The translations under genes and the position numbers were made by a program. From the NCBI RefSeq assembly GCF_963921235.1, contig NC_086108.1:78184001-78248000 (forward strand): a DNA stretch of 64,000 nucleotides. Reading direction: 5' to 3'. Numbering within the stretch: the first letter of the stretch is position 1; every line of letters starts with the position of its first letter. Below, piece after piece: positions 12,114 to 23,839 of this stretch. Source of the DNA: Mobula hypostoma. Lineage: Eukaryota. The notes beneath the pieces are model-generated. The model saw only the letters and a program-made list of their open reading frames with translations, was not told where the DNA came from and did no database searches.

Positions 12114-13985
12114 AACATCCACTGCATCTCCCTCGTCTAGCCTACTTGTAATTCCCTCAAAAAATTGTAATAGGTTTGCCAGGCAGGATTTTCCTTTAAG
12201 GAATCCATGCTGAGTTCTGCATATCTTGTCATATGCCTCCAGGTACTCTGTAACCTCATCCTTGACAATCGACTCCACAACTTCCCAACCACCGACGTCA
12301 AGCTCGCAGGTCTATAATTTCCTTTTTGCTTCCTTGCCCCCTTAAATAGCAGTGACATCTGCAATCTTCCAGTCCTCCGGAACCATGCCAGAATCTATCG
12401 ACTTTTGAAAGATCATCGCTAATGCCTCCGCAATCTCCACAGCTACTTCCTTCAGAACACGAGGGTGCATTCCATCTGGTCCAGGAGATTTATCTACCCT
12501 TAGACTATTCAGCTTCCTGAGTACTTTCTATGTCGTGATTGTGATTGCACACACTTCTCTTCCCTGCCACCCTTGAGTGTCCGGTATACTGCTGATGTCT
12601 TCCTCAGTGAAGACTGATGCAAAATACTTGTTCAGTTCCTCTCCCATCTCCTTATCTCCCATTACAATTTCTCCAGCATCATTTTCTATTGGTCCTCTAT
12701 CTACTCTCACCTGTCTTTTACTCTTTATATACTTGAAAAAGTTTTTAGTGTCCTCTTTGATATTATTTGCTAGCTTCCTTTCATAGTTAATCTTTTCCCT
12801 CTTAATGACCTTCTTAGTTTCCTTTTGTAAGCTTTTAAAAACTTCCCAATCCTCTGTCTTCCCACTAATTTTTGCTTCCTTGTATGCTCTCTCCTTTGCT
12901 TTAATTTTGGCTTTGACTTCTCTTGTTAACCACGGTTGCATCCTTTTTCCATTTGAAAATTTCTTCTTTTTTGGAATATACCTGTCTTGCTCCTTCCTCA
13001 CTTCTCACATAAATTCCAGCCACTGCTGCTGTGCCATCTTTCCTGCCAGTGTCCCTTTCCAGTCAACTCTGGCCAGTTCCTCTCTCATGCCGCTGTAATT
13101 TCCTTTACTCCACTGAAATACCGACACATCAGATTTCTGCTTCTCTTTTTCAAATTTCTCTGTGAACTCAATCATGTTATGATCACTGCCTCCTAAGGGT
13201 TCCTTCACCTCAATCTCTCTAATCACCTCCGGTTCATTACACAATACCCAATCCAGTACAGCTGACCCCCTAGTGGGCTCAACAACAAGCTGTTCTAAAA
13301 AGCCATCTTGCAGACATTCTACAAATTCTCTCGAGATCCAGTGCCGACCTGATTTTCCCAATCCACTCGCATGTTAAAATCCCCCACAATTATCATAACA
13401 CTGCCCTTCTGACAAGCCTTTTCTATTTCCAGTTGTAATTTGTAGTCCACATCACTGTAGCTGTTTGGAGGCCTATAAATAACTGCCATCAGGGTCCTTT
13501 TACCCCTGCGATTTCGTAGCTCAACCCATAAAGATTCTGCACCTTCCAATCCTATGTCACCTCTTTCTAATGATTTAATATCACTTCTTGCCAATAAAGC
13601 CATGCCACCCCCTCTGCCTACCTTCCTATCTTTCCGATACACTGTGTATCCTTGGACGTTCAGCTCCCAGAGACATGCATCCTTTAGCCACGTCTCAGTG
13701 ATGTCCGCAATATCATACCTGCCAATCTGTAGCTGTATGACAAGATCATCCACCTTATTCCTTATGCTGCGTACATTTAAGTATAATACCTTAAGACCAG
13801 TATTTGGTACTTTTCGCTTTGATTTCACTGCAACTTTATTGCACTGCAACTCATCCCAATGGCTACAAATTTGCTTCATCACCTGCCTGTCTTTCCTGAC
13901 ATCTTTACTGCTCACTATCTTAGATTTATTTCTGTTTTCCCCTTCTTCTGCTCTATCATTCCATTTCCCATCCCCCTGCCAAATT

Positions 13986-14857
13986 AGTTTAAACCCTCCT
14001 TAACGGCTCTATTAAACCTTCCCACCAGGATATTGGTCCCCTTCGGGTTCAGGTGTAACCTGTCCATTTTGAACAGGTCATAATTCCCCCAGAAGAGATC
14101 CCAATGATCCAAGAATCTGAAGCCCTGCCCCCTGCACCAGTCTCTCAGCCACGCATTCATCTGCCTGATCCTACCATTCTTGCCCTCACTAGCACGTGGC
14201 ACAGGTGCAATCCCAAGATTACTACCCTGGAGGTCCTGCTTCTCAGCTTCCTTCCTAACTCCCAGAAATCTCTCTTCAGGACCTCCTCCTTTGTCCTATC
14301 TATGTCATTGGTACCAACATGTACCAAGACAACTGGCTGCTCACCCTCTCCCTTCAGAATATTCTGGACCCGATCCAAGACATCCCGTACCCTGGCATCT
14401 GGGAGGTAACACACCATGTGGGTATCTCTATCAGGCTCACAGAATCTCCTGTCTGTTCCCCTGACTATGGAATCCCCTACGACTACCGCATTCCTCTTCT
14501 CCCTCCTTCCCTCCTGCACAACAGCGCCAGGCTCAGTGCCAGAGACCCGGTCACTGTGGGCGTCCCCTGTCAGGTCATCCCCCTCAACAGCATCCAGAAC
14601 AAGATATTTGTTGCTGAGGAGAACAGCCACAGGTGTGCTCTCCACTATCAGGGCATTTCCCTTCCCTCTGTTGACAGTGACCCAGTTTTCTGACCCCTGT
14701 AGCCTAGGGATAACTACCTCCCTGTAGCTCCTGTCAATCAACTCTTCACTTTCCCTGATAAGCAGTAGGTCATCAAGCTGCAGCTCCAGATCCCTAACAC
14801 GGTCTTTGAGGAGCTGCATCTCGGCGCACCTGGTGCAGATGTGGCCATCAGGGAGGC
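13986..14857 (-). pseudogene. CR1 ORF1: partial zinc finger, coiled coil and SGNH/GDSL esterase
   Basis: HICTRC, then MQLLKDRVRDLELQLDDL, AVVVGDSIVR, VLVHVGTNDI, and after a frameshift FKMDRLHLNPKG. Confidence 0.85.
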
Positions 14858-16020
14858 TGTTGAAATACTTTGAGGAGATTACAAGAAGGCTAGAGAAAGG
14901 GGATTGCAGTGGATGTTGTATATTTGGACTTCCAGAAGGCCTTTAACAAGATACTACACATGAGGCTGCTTACCAAGTTAAGGACCCATGGTATTACAGG
15001 AAAGTTACTGGCATGGTCGGTGTTAGGCTCACTTTTTATGCTGTATATTAATGATTTAGATGATGGAATAGATAGCTTTGTTGCAAAATTTGCAGATGAT
15101 ATGAAGATTGGTGGAGGAGCAGGTGGTGTTGAGGAAACAAGTAGGATGCAGAAGGACTTAGACAGATTAGGAGCATGGGCAAGGAAGTGGCAAATGAAAT
15201 ACAATGTAGTAAAATGCATGGTCAGCACTTTGGTAGTAGAAATAAATGTGCAGACCGTTTTCTAAATGGGGAAAAGATCAAAAAATCTGAGATGCAAAGG
15301 GATTTGGGAATCCTTGTGCAGAACACCCTAAAGGTTAACTTGCAGGTTGTGTCAATGGTGAGGAAGGCAAATGCAATGTTAGCATTTATTTCAGGAGGTA
15401 TGTTATTCAAGTGCAGGGATATGATGCTGAGGTTTTATAAAGCACTGGTGAGGCCTCACCATGAGTATTGTGAACAGTTTTGAGCTCCTCATCTCGGAGA
15501 AGATGTGCTGGTATTGGAGAGGGTTCAGAAGAGATTCACAAGGATGATTCCAGGAATGAAAGGGTTATCATAAGAGGAATGTTTAATGGCTCTGGGTCTG
15601 TACTTGCTGGAATTTAGAAGGATGAGGGGGCGTCTCATTGAAACCATTTTGAATGTTGAAAAGCCTAGACAAAGTTGATTTGGAAAGGTTGGTTCCCATG
15701 GTGGGTGAGTCTAGGACAAGAGGGCACAGCCTTAGGGTAGAGGGGCGTTCATTTAAAACAGAGATGCAAGAAGTTTCTTTAGCCAGAGGATGGTGAGTTT
15801 GTGGAATTTGTTAACCACATACAGCTGTGGAGACTAGGTCATTTGATGTATTTAAAGCAGAGATTGATACGTTCTTGATTAGACACTGCATCAGAGGTCA
15901 CAGGGAGAAGGCCATGGATGGGGAGCTGAGGGGAAAAAAGGATCAACCATGATTGAATGGTGGAGAAGAACTTGATGGGCCAAATAGCCTAATTGTGCTC
16001 CTATGTCTTATGGTCTCATA
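14858..16020 (+). mobile_element. Older CR1, 3' half (RT and tail)
   Basis: DVVYLDFQKAFNK, FADDMKIGG, LVRPHHEYC. Tail cctatgtcttatggtctc at ~16000-16018. Confidence 0.87.
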
Positions 16021-16054
16021 TAGATACGATAACATTTTGAGAGGCAGAGCAACA

Positions 16055-16245
16055 GACTTAGTAGGTCAGACAGCATCTATGGAGAGGAATATACAGTCAA
16101 CATTTCGGGCCAAGATCCTTCATCAGGACTGGAAAGGAAAGGGGAAATCCTGTCCTGATTAAGGACCTCAACCAAAATACTGACTATTTGTCCCTTTCCA
16201 CAGATGCTGCCTAATCATTGAGTTCCTCCAGCATCTTGTGTGTGT
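16055..16245. mobile_element. Old Penelope-like 3'-end module in inverted pair, with decayed hammerhead
   Basis: Minus strand 16095-16130 reads AGTC-CTGATGA-A-GGATCTTGGCCC-GAAA-TGTT-GACT. A plus-strand module cagatgctgcc..gagttcctccagcat follows at ~16200-16245. Confidence 0.65.
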
Positions 16246-17674
16246 TTCTTTTAAGAGGCATTTAGACAGACATATGAACAGACAGGGAATGGGAAGATAC
16301 AGACTCTGTGCAGACAGATGGGTTTAGTTTGGCGTGGCATTATGATTGACAAAGATACCATGGGCCGAAGGTGTTTTCCTATCTTCTAATATTCTGTGAT
16401 CCAGACCATTATGAAAATTTTACTTGTCTCAGCACCTACACAATTCATATGAAAGGGTGTCTTCTGGTTTTGTACCTAATGGGCCAACTCTAATTTTAAG
16501 ATTGTGGCTTTTTCTTGCACCAGAGGAACTGTTGAATTCTTGAATTGTTTCAAACCTCCATGTAGCATCACCCTTTGTTTATGTTACATTAAAACAGCGA
16601 GTTTCTCATGGAAATATTTCCATAAGACATGGAAGCAAAGGTGGTGGTGGGATAAAATGCTTTTAGTGCAGGTAAAATGCAGATGAGGGACTATTGAGGG
16701 TATGAAATATTGGGGTCAAGCAAAGACACTGAAATTTGGAACCATAAAGAAAAACACAAAGGTATATTAAGTAGGAGAGTAACATATTTAGTTTTTAACT
16801 TTCTAACAAAATAGAAAAATAATTCATTTGGGTCGTTGGCGGATAAATCTATAAGAACAGGAGCTTTTCTTGCATATTTGTATTCTGGAATTAGCTTTAT
16901 TTTTCAGTGTCTGCCTCCACATTGTCCTTGGGAGGATACAGCAACTATTCTTGCACATTCTCCTCCCGCCCCTTCCCTGAAGTCACTGTCAAAATAATGT
17001 CAGAAATTTTAAGGAAGGCTTTATTGGCTGGAATGATTTGTGTCCCAATTTTACAGCTCTCTTTCTGAGAAAATGACCTTTTCCACACAATTTCTCCCCA
17101 ACAGCCTCGCAGATAAATTGACTGCATTGACACCTACAGGGAGCTGCTTATTTAAGCACAGACATTTATTACTCTGCCAAGAAATGTTACTGTCTTCACT
17201 GCTCAGCCACTCAGTCAAGAAATGGAAAACTCTAGTTTGCCATGAAGTTACTATATAATGTATCTGTATATAAACTAAGATAAATTCCTTGGAATTTTCT
17301 GAATAGTAGAAATACTATGATTTTGGCAAGAACAGTTTTGTCAGACTGCTAGTTTTGGTGCCATTATGAGCTGGAAGGATTGTTCCAGGTTGATTGTGCT
17401 GTTTTTTTGCACCACATGAAGCTGGCAGCCTCCAATTGTTAAATCTGTTCCCAGGAGTTCAGTGCGAGCTATACAGCTGTGTCAATAATATAAGTTGAGT
17501 GTTGGCCAATTCACAGCAAGTCTGTGATGAAATAGGTTTCTGTCTTTTCTGCTGGCGCAAGAGTGAGATGTACATAGGGATTTTGACCGAAATTATGTTG
17601 AACTCCTAAGGAAGGATAAGTGGTAGGTTTAGACTGGTAGACTCTCTTGTGAATTTTTTTAATGATTCTCTGAA

Positions 17675-18105
17675 CAAAGACATAGGAGAATAATTAGTCC
17701 GTCGGATCTCTCTTGCTTTATTATCCCACTCAACCCCATTCTACTGCCTTCTCCCCATAGCCTTTGACACCCTTACTAATCAAGAACCTATCAACTTCTG
17801 CTTTAAATATGCCCAATGACTAGACCCATGGCAATGAATTCCACAGATTCACCATATTCTGGCTAAAGAAATTCTTCCTCATTTCCATTCTAAAGGGATG
17901 TCCTTGTATTCTAAAGCTGTGTCCTCTGCTCCGACACTTACCCAATATAGGAAACATCCATGTCCACTCTAAGCCTTTCAGTATTTGACAGGTTTCAATG
18001 AAATCTCTCTTTTCTCTCTCCCCCCCCCCCACCCCCATTCATTTAAAATCCAGAGAGTACAGGCTCAGAGCCATCAAATGCTCCTCATGCATTAACCCTT
18101 TCATC
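17675..18105 (-). mobile_element. CR1 3' fragment
   Basis: RSRGHSFRIQGHPFRMEMRKNFFSQNMVNLWNSLP, followed by CR1 3' UTR. Confidence 0.8.
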
Positions 18106-19527
18106 CCCAGGAACTGAGGGTCTGAACTGCCATTCCAGAATGGAAAATACTAGTTTGCTTGTATTTCTGGAATACTGAAGCAGCAAGATATTCTTTTGAA
18201 ATAAACTCCATATGCTTGAGCTCCAAATTTCTGGACTGCAGGCCAACTGCCTGACTACCAATACTTTGACCCTGTTGCACTGCTGAGTGAAGCCATAATG
18301 GCTCTCCCACTCTGAGAAGCTTTCAGCAGTAGTTGCATTAACAAGTAGAAGGTTTAAAAGATTAATAGCACTGATTGGATTGAAAGAATGTTAGCATTCC
18401 TTCTTGAGCAGTCTAATTTGTCAATGTCAGCAGAAGAAAAAAAACAAATATTGAAACACCACCACTAAGAATCTGGCATCCAAAATGCATACTTTACAGA
18501 GCATAGCTTTTAAAGGAGAGGTTTGGAGGTACATCTGTGTCCCTGCAGGAATTTTCATTTCAAGGAGATATGATAGCCCCAAAAAAACACACAATTGAGC
18601 CTGTCACTCCAGCTGCCATTTTATACTGGCAAGCACTCTTTGGAGCACTAAATTAAAAGTTGCATGGCAATTATATACAAAAGAACCTTCTGCAAATTGC
18701 TCCATCTTCCTGAAGGAATTTGCAGATTGGTTTATTTGTTTATATATCCACATCACAATTACATCAATCATATCTAATAGCTTACCATGTAACACTTCTG
18801 TTGGAGACAACCCATTGCATTTCTCACTTCCACGCATTGCTAGGCACATTTCTATGAAGGCAATTATTTTCTTGATAAACAAATGCTTTCTCCTGGAGAT
18901 TAATGTGCACTATACTGTAGTCATAATACTTCCTCCTTTATGTATCAGGTTTCTTTCCCCTGTTATCTAGTCTACAACTGTTAATCTTTGCTGTGAAGCC
19001 CCGTCCTAGAGCAATTTATGCTGGAAGTCATGATTAGAGTTTAATCAAGATATTTATGACTAAGTAAAATTAAAAAGGAAAGTCATCCACTGTTGAAAAA
19101 GATTTATAACAAATCAAATAGCAGCTGGGGGAGGGAAAAGACAAATTGCACCTTTAAGAGTGTGTGTATCCTTGAGAACTGGACTCAGCTGTGTCTATTT
19201 CCCAGGAAGAAAATAGATGAAAACAGCAGCATTTTTAAGAAAGTGCATCTCACAAAATCCTATGAAAAATGACCAGCCTCAAATGAGAGGGCATCAGTCT
19301 TCAGATGTATCTGCATTCTTCCCGAAGCCAGTTGCTGGCACCTCCCCACCATTATTCTTAAACTTGAACCAAAGAAGACCTTAAATGTGTTGAGAAGAAT
19401 CATAATCAGGTAAATTGAATGGTTTTAAATGATTATAGCCACATAAGACATTCAGGCAAGTAGTTAGTCCATGACCAGCTTCATCTAGGCTGGTTGCACA
19501 CAGCAACCACACAAATAAGGATCATCA

Positions 19528-19835
19528 GACACAAAAAATGCTAGAGGAACTCAGCAGGCCAGGAAACATCTATAGAAAAGTGTATAATCAATGATTTGGG
19601 CCAAGACCCTTCATCAGGACTGGAAGATTTAAACAGCTACAGGGTAGGCATCCCTGGAAGAGACTTTGCAGTGTAGTGGTCCAATCACAAGCAAAAGAAA
19701 ATCTGCAGATGCTGGAAATCCAAGCAACCAACACGCACTCCCTCACAGCCCAAACATCGCCTATACTTGTTACCATAGGTGCTGCTTGGCCTACTGAATT
19801 ACTCCAGCATTTTGTGTGTGTTGCTTGGATTTCTT
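19528..19835. mobile_element. Old Penelope-like 3'-end modules in both orientations
   Basis: tgctagaggaactcagcagg..gggccaagacccttcatcaggact (minus), gaaaatctgcagatgctggaaatc (minus), tgctgcttggcct..ctccagcattttgtg (plus). Confidence 0.65.
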
Positions 19836-20719
19836 TTGCTTGTGAGGATCAGCAGAGGCATGTTGCTTGCATATCAAAACCTATTCTTTGCTGCTGTCCA
19901 GTTTATCTTACAGCTATCCTTCTCCATACCACCCAGTTCATTCTTAGATCAAAATATAATTTTCTGACTTTGTAGGGCAGAGTTGATACACTTTTCTTTC
20001 TGGATTTGAATTAATAAATATGAGAAAATATTATGATATGAATGGTAATGAGTATCCTAAAATCAAAATGTTTCATCCCACATTCTCATGTGTTCTTAAC
20101 TTAGGAGAAATGTCAGTGCCACTTTCGGACACCCTGTTAGTGAAGGCAACCCATGTTATTGCAACTATAGTTGTTGATGAGAAGGAATTATTGTGGTGCT
20201 TTGACCCTGAGAAGGGTCTTTCTGCAAATTACTCTGTGTTCCATAGACAGGCAATGGCATTTGTTTACATCTTCAATCTGACTTCAACGTCCTCAGAAAA
20301 TATAACTGGAGTACAGCCTTTCTGTTATCTGCTTCACTGATCACTCCCCTTCAAGTCCTTTGCCCCCATCCATCATAGGATGGAAAATAGAAAAATCAGG
20401 GCAACTCCAAAAATTTACCTAGTTTAACAGCAAGGAGCAATAGAAGTCTCAGTGGAGCCACAATGATGTCCCAAACAAAGACCACATCACTGACCCTGCA
20501 GCTTCCTATGCATTACAAGGACAGCATTAACCAGATATCAACTGGACAAGGAAGATGTATCAATATTTTATAGGATTGGAAATGTCTATCCAGTCCTTGG
20601 GAATGCAGCTGCATAAAAAGTGAAATACTGTACATCTACAAAGACAGTTTATTGCAGTACTGATCTAACACAGCCATATCATGGAATAACCTGGCTCCAA
20701 AATCCTCCCAAGAAAATAC

Positions 20720-21282
20720 ATCTCAAGGTAGTACAGCATGACATATGCGTACTTTGATAATAAATTTACTTTGAACTTGAAAGGATAATCTTACAAAAAG
20801 TAGTGAATATGGCCCAGTCCTTCACAGGTAAAGCCCTCCCCACCAATAAACACATCTACATGGAACGCATCCATCATCAGGGACCCCCAACACTTGCTAC
20901 TACCATCAGGAAGAAGTCTCAGGACTCACACCATCATGTTCAGGAACAATTAGTATACCTTAATCATTTACACCTCAACCATCAGGCTTTTGAGCCAGTG
21001 AGGATAACTTCACTCACCCTATTACTGAACTATTCCCACAATCTGTGGACTCACTTTTCATCTCATGTTCTTGATATTTATTACTTGTCTTTTCTTCCTG
21101 TTATATTTGCGCAGTTTGTTGTCTTTTGCACATTGGTTGTTTCTCCAGCTTGTTGGGTGCAGTCTTTTTTTGATTCTATTATGGTTCTTGGATTTACGTT
21201 TTCTTGTAGGCATATTCTGTATCTCAGGTTTGTATATGGTGACATATACACACCTTGATAATAAATTTACTTTGTACTTTGA
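20720..21282 (+). mobile_element. Rex1/L2-like LINE 3' remnants
   Basis: Decayed LQKVVNMAQSFTG motif and two tails of gataataaatttactttg. A similar tail lies on the minus strand at ~8296-8500. Confidence 0.55.
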
Positions 21283-21502
21283 AAAGTAGTCATCAATATG
21301 TAAGCCACTGCCATTGTAATACAACAAGAAGAATTGAAAAGCGTGATGGGAACATACTGCACATGACCTGAATGTACTATGCTGACACTTAGAAATGGAA
21401 TAACACCTGGATGAGCATAAAATTTAGCAAGGCATATTTCATTAATTAAATGTTTTGATTTCTCCAGTGTGAATTCCGGTTAAGACTGTCTCAGATAAGC
21501 AA

Positions 21503-21525
21503 GTGTGTGTGTGTGTGTGTGTGTG
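21503..21525. repeat. (GT)n microsatellite
   Basis: gtgtgtgtgtgtgtgtgtgtgtg. Confidence 0.95.
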
Positions 21526-22304
21526 AGGCAAGCATTCATTTTTAGCAGGAAGCAGTCATAGATTCCCATACTTTAATGATACAGATTACAATCTGACCCA
21601 TGACATACAACTTCCACATGAAGCATGTGTCAAAATAATGTTTGCAGTGTTAAAACCATGTACCGGAAGAACCAAAGAGAGGACATGGGAGTACAACCAC
21701 CACAAGTTTCATCATCAAGCTGTTTCTGCTGCTAGTTTGTTCTGTTTGGAGATTTAGAACTGAAATTAGGTGAAACTTGAGAAACTCACCTTGTGATGTG
21801 ATGCTTTCGTGTGCAAGGACTAATAGTCCGTGTATTTTGTTCTTTTGCCCTCTGGTTGACAATTGCTCCAAGTAACAGTTTGATCAAATATCTTACTGCA
21901 ATTTTCCCCATGTCAAGCATTGCCTGGTTTGCATCACTTCTTGCCTTAACAATAATTGTGCCTCATTTTCAATCTTTGAATTAATAACCTCATTTTGAGG
22001 ATCATGTGATCTTCCTGTGTGTCAGCTGTTCATTCCCTCACAAAGCACGGCAATAGGTACACTATTTCTGAGTAGCTACAGAGTTTGGTGTAGTGAATAA
22101 AGCTGATCTTAAACAGAGGACAACATAATGATACAAACATTCTCATCTCATTCCAAAAAATGCAGTTGCATTATCCTTTTTGGAATGATGAAGGATTGTT
22201 TTAATATTTTCCAATTAAGGTTATTTTTCAGCTCTTACAAATCTTTTCTGCAATACCATTCATCTAATAGTTTAATATTATCTGTATTTTATTAACTTAT
22301 ATTC

Positions 22305-23192
22305 AACCTCTGCAATTGGATCCTCGACTTCCTAACTGAAAGACCACAGTCTGTGCGGATTGGTGATAACATATCCTCCTCGCTGACAATCAACACTGGT
22401 GCACCTCGGGTGTGTGCTTAGCCCACTGCTCTACTCTCTGTATGCACATGACTATGTGGCTAGGCATAGCTCAAATACCATCTGTAAGTTTGCTGATGAT
22501 ACAACCATTGTTGGTAGAATCTCAGATGGAGACAAGAGGGCATACAGGAGTGAGCTATGCCAACTAGTGCAATGGTGCCACAGCAACAACCTGACACTCA
22601 ATGTCAGTAAGACAATAGAGCTGATTGTGGACTTCAGGAAGGGTAAGATGAAGGAGCACATACCAATCCTCAGAGGGATCAGAAGTGGAGAGAGTGAGCT
22701 GCTTCAAGTTCCTGGGTGTCACGATCTCTGTGGATCTAACCTGGTCCCAACATATCGATGTAGTCACAACAAAGGCAAGACGGTGGCTATACTTTATTAG
22801 GAGTTTGAAGAGATTTCAACAAAGATGTCAACAAATAAATTCAAAAACTTCTATAGTTGTACTGTGGAGAGCATTCTGACAGGCTGCATCACTGTCTGGT
22901 ATGGAGGGGCTACTGCACAGGACCTAAAGAAGCTGCAGAAGGTTGTAAATCTAGTCAGCTCCATCTTGGGCACTAGCCTATGAAGTACACAGGACACCTT
23001 TAGAGAGCGGTCTCTCAGAAAGGCAACATCTATTGTACTACTTTTAAAGTCTATTCAATATATGTAATTGATTTACTTGTTTATTAATATTATTTTTATT
23101 TTTTTCTGTCTGCCAGATTATGTATTGCATTGAACTGCTGCTGCTAAGTTGACAAATTTTACATCACATGCTGGTGATAATAACCCTGATTC
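22305..23192 (+). mobile_element. Rex1/Babar-type LINE 3' fragment
   Basis: [56 protein letters not shown]. Confidence 0.82.
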
Positions 23193-23258
23193 CGGTGAAC
23201 ACTTTGGGTTCTGAGATCATTGTAATTTCATAGAAAAAATGAAAAATTCTTAGTATAG

Positions 23259-23397
23259 TCACAAACGAGAGAAAATCTGCAGATGCTGGAAATGCAAGCA
23301 ACACACACACAAAATGCTGGAGGAACTCAGCAGGCCAGGCAGCATCTATGGAGGAGTAAACAGTTGATGTTTCGGGCCAAGGCCCTTCATCAGGACT
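23259..23397 (-). mobile_element. ~140-bp Penelope-like 3' module starting at the hammerhead (23362-23397)
   Basis: Minus strand AGTC-CTGATGA-A-GGGC-CTTG-GCCC-GAAA-CATC-AACT, then the conserved agatgctg/cagcatct domain. Flanked by tcttagtata / tcttaatata (possible TSD). Confidence 0.75.
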
Positions 23398-23839
23398 CTT
23401 AATATATTAGCAAAATTGTTGTGGGAATTTTAAACATAGAAATTTACTGCACAGAAGGAAGCTATTTGACAGTGTTTCTGCTGGCTGAGTAACAGAAGCT
23501 AGCCACCAAGTGCTACATTGCACAGCTACATCATTGTTACAACACTGCACATCAAGTACTTGTTAAGAAAGTTCATGCTTCCATGACACTTTGAGCTAAT
23601 ATCAAGGGAATGATGGAGACTTTGTTTGCCAGCATGGGTATATTATAGGGTGAACATTCATAAATGTATGTTCATGAAATACATTCGTAATCGTATGCAT
23701 ATTTGTTGATGATTCCTGACCAAGTGGTGGGCAACAGTCTTCCTGTATGCCTACACTTATGCACATCCTTGGATTTGATTTCTAGAACTACTTCATATCT
23801 GGGTGAAAAATAACCTACACTCATCTACATGTAAATGGT

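Larger units (their letters stand above)
10715..14857 (-). mobile_element. Near full-length CR1 LINE (ORF1 esterase + ORF2 APE-RT), inserted antisense into an older CR1
   Basis: ORF1 GDS/GTND/DxxH motifs, APE (LYLNVRSIRNK, ITETWL, IYRPP, VGDFN, SDHN), RT motifs, and a (tcttatgg)n-like 3' tail at 10715-10735. Confidence 0.93.

Noticed and set aside
10700..14865. TSD for the antisense CR1
   Set aside because: Only a short degenerate ctgttg/ttgtta similarity at the ends, which is not enough to call.
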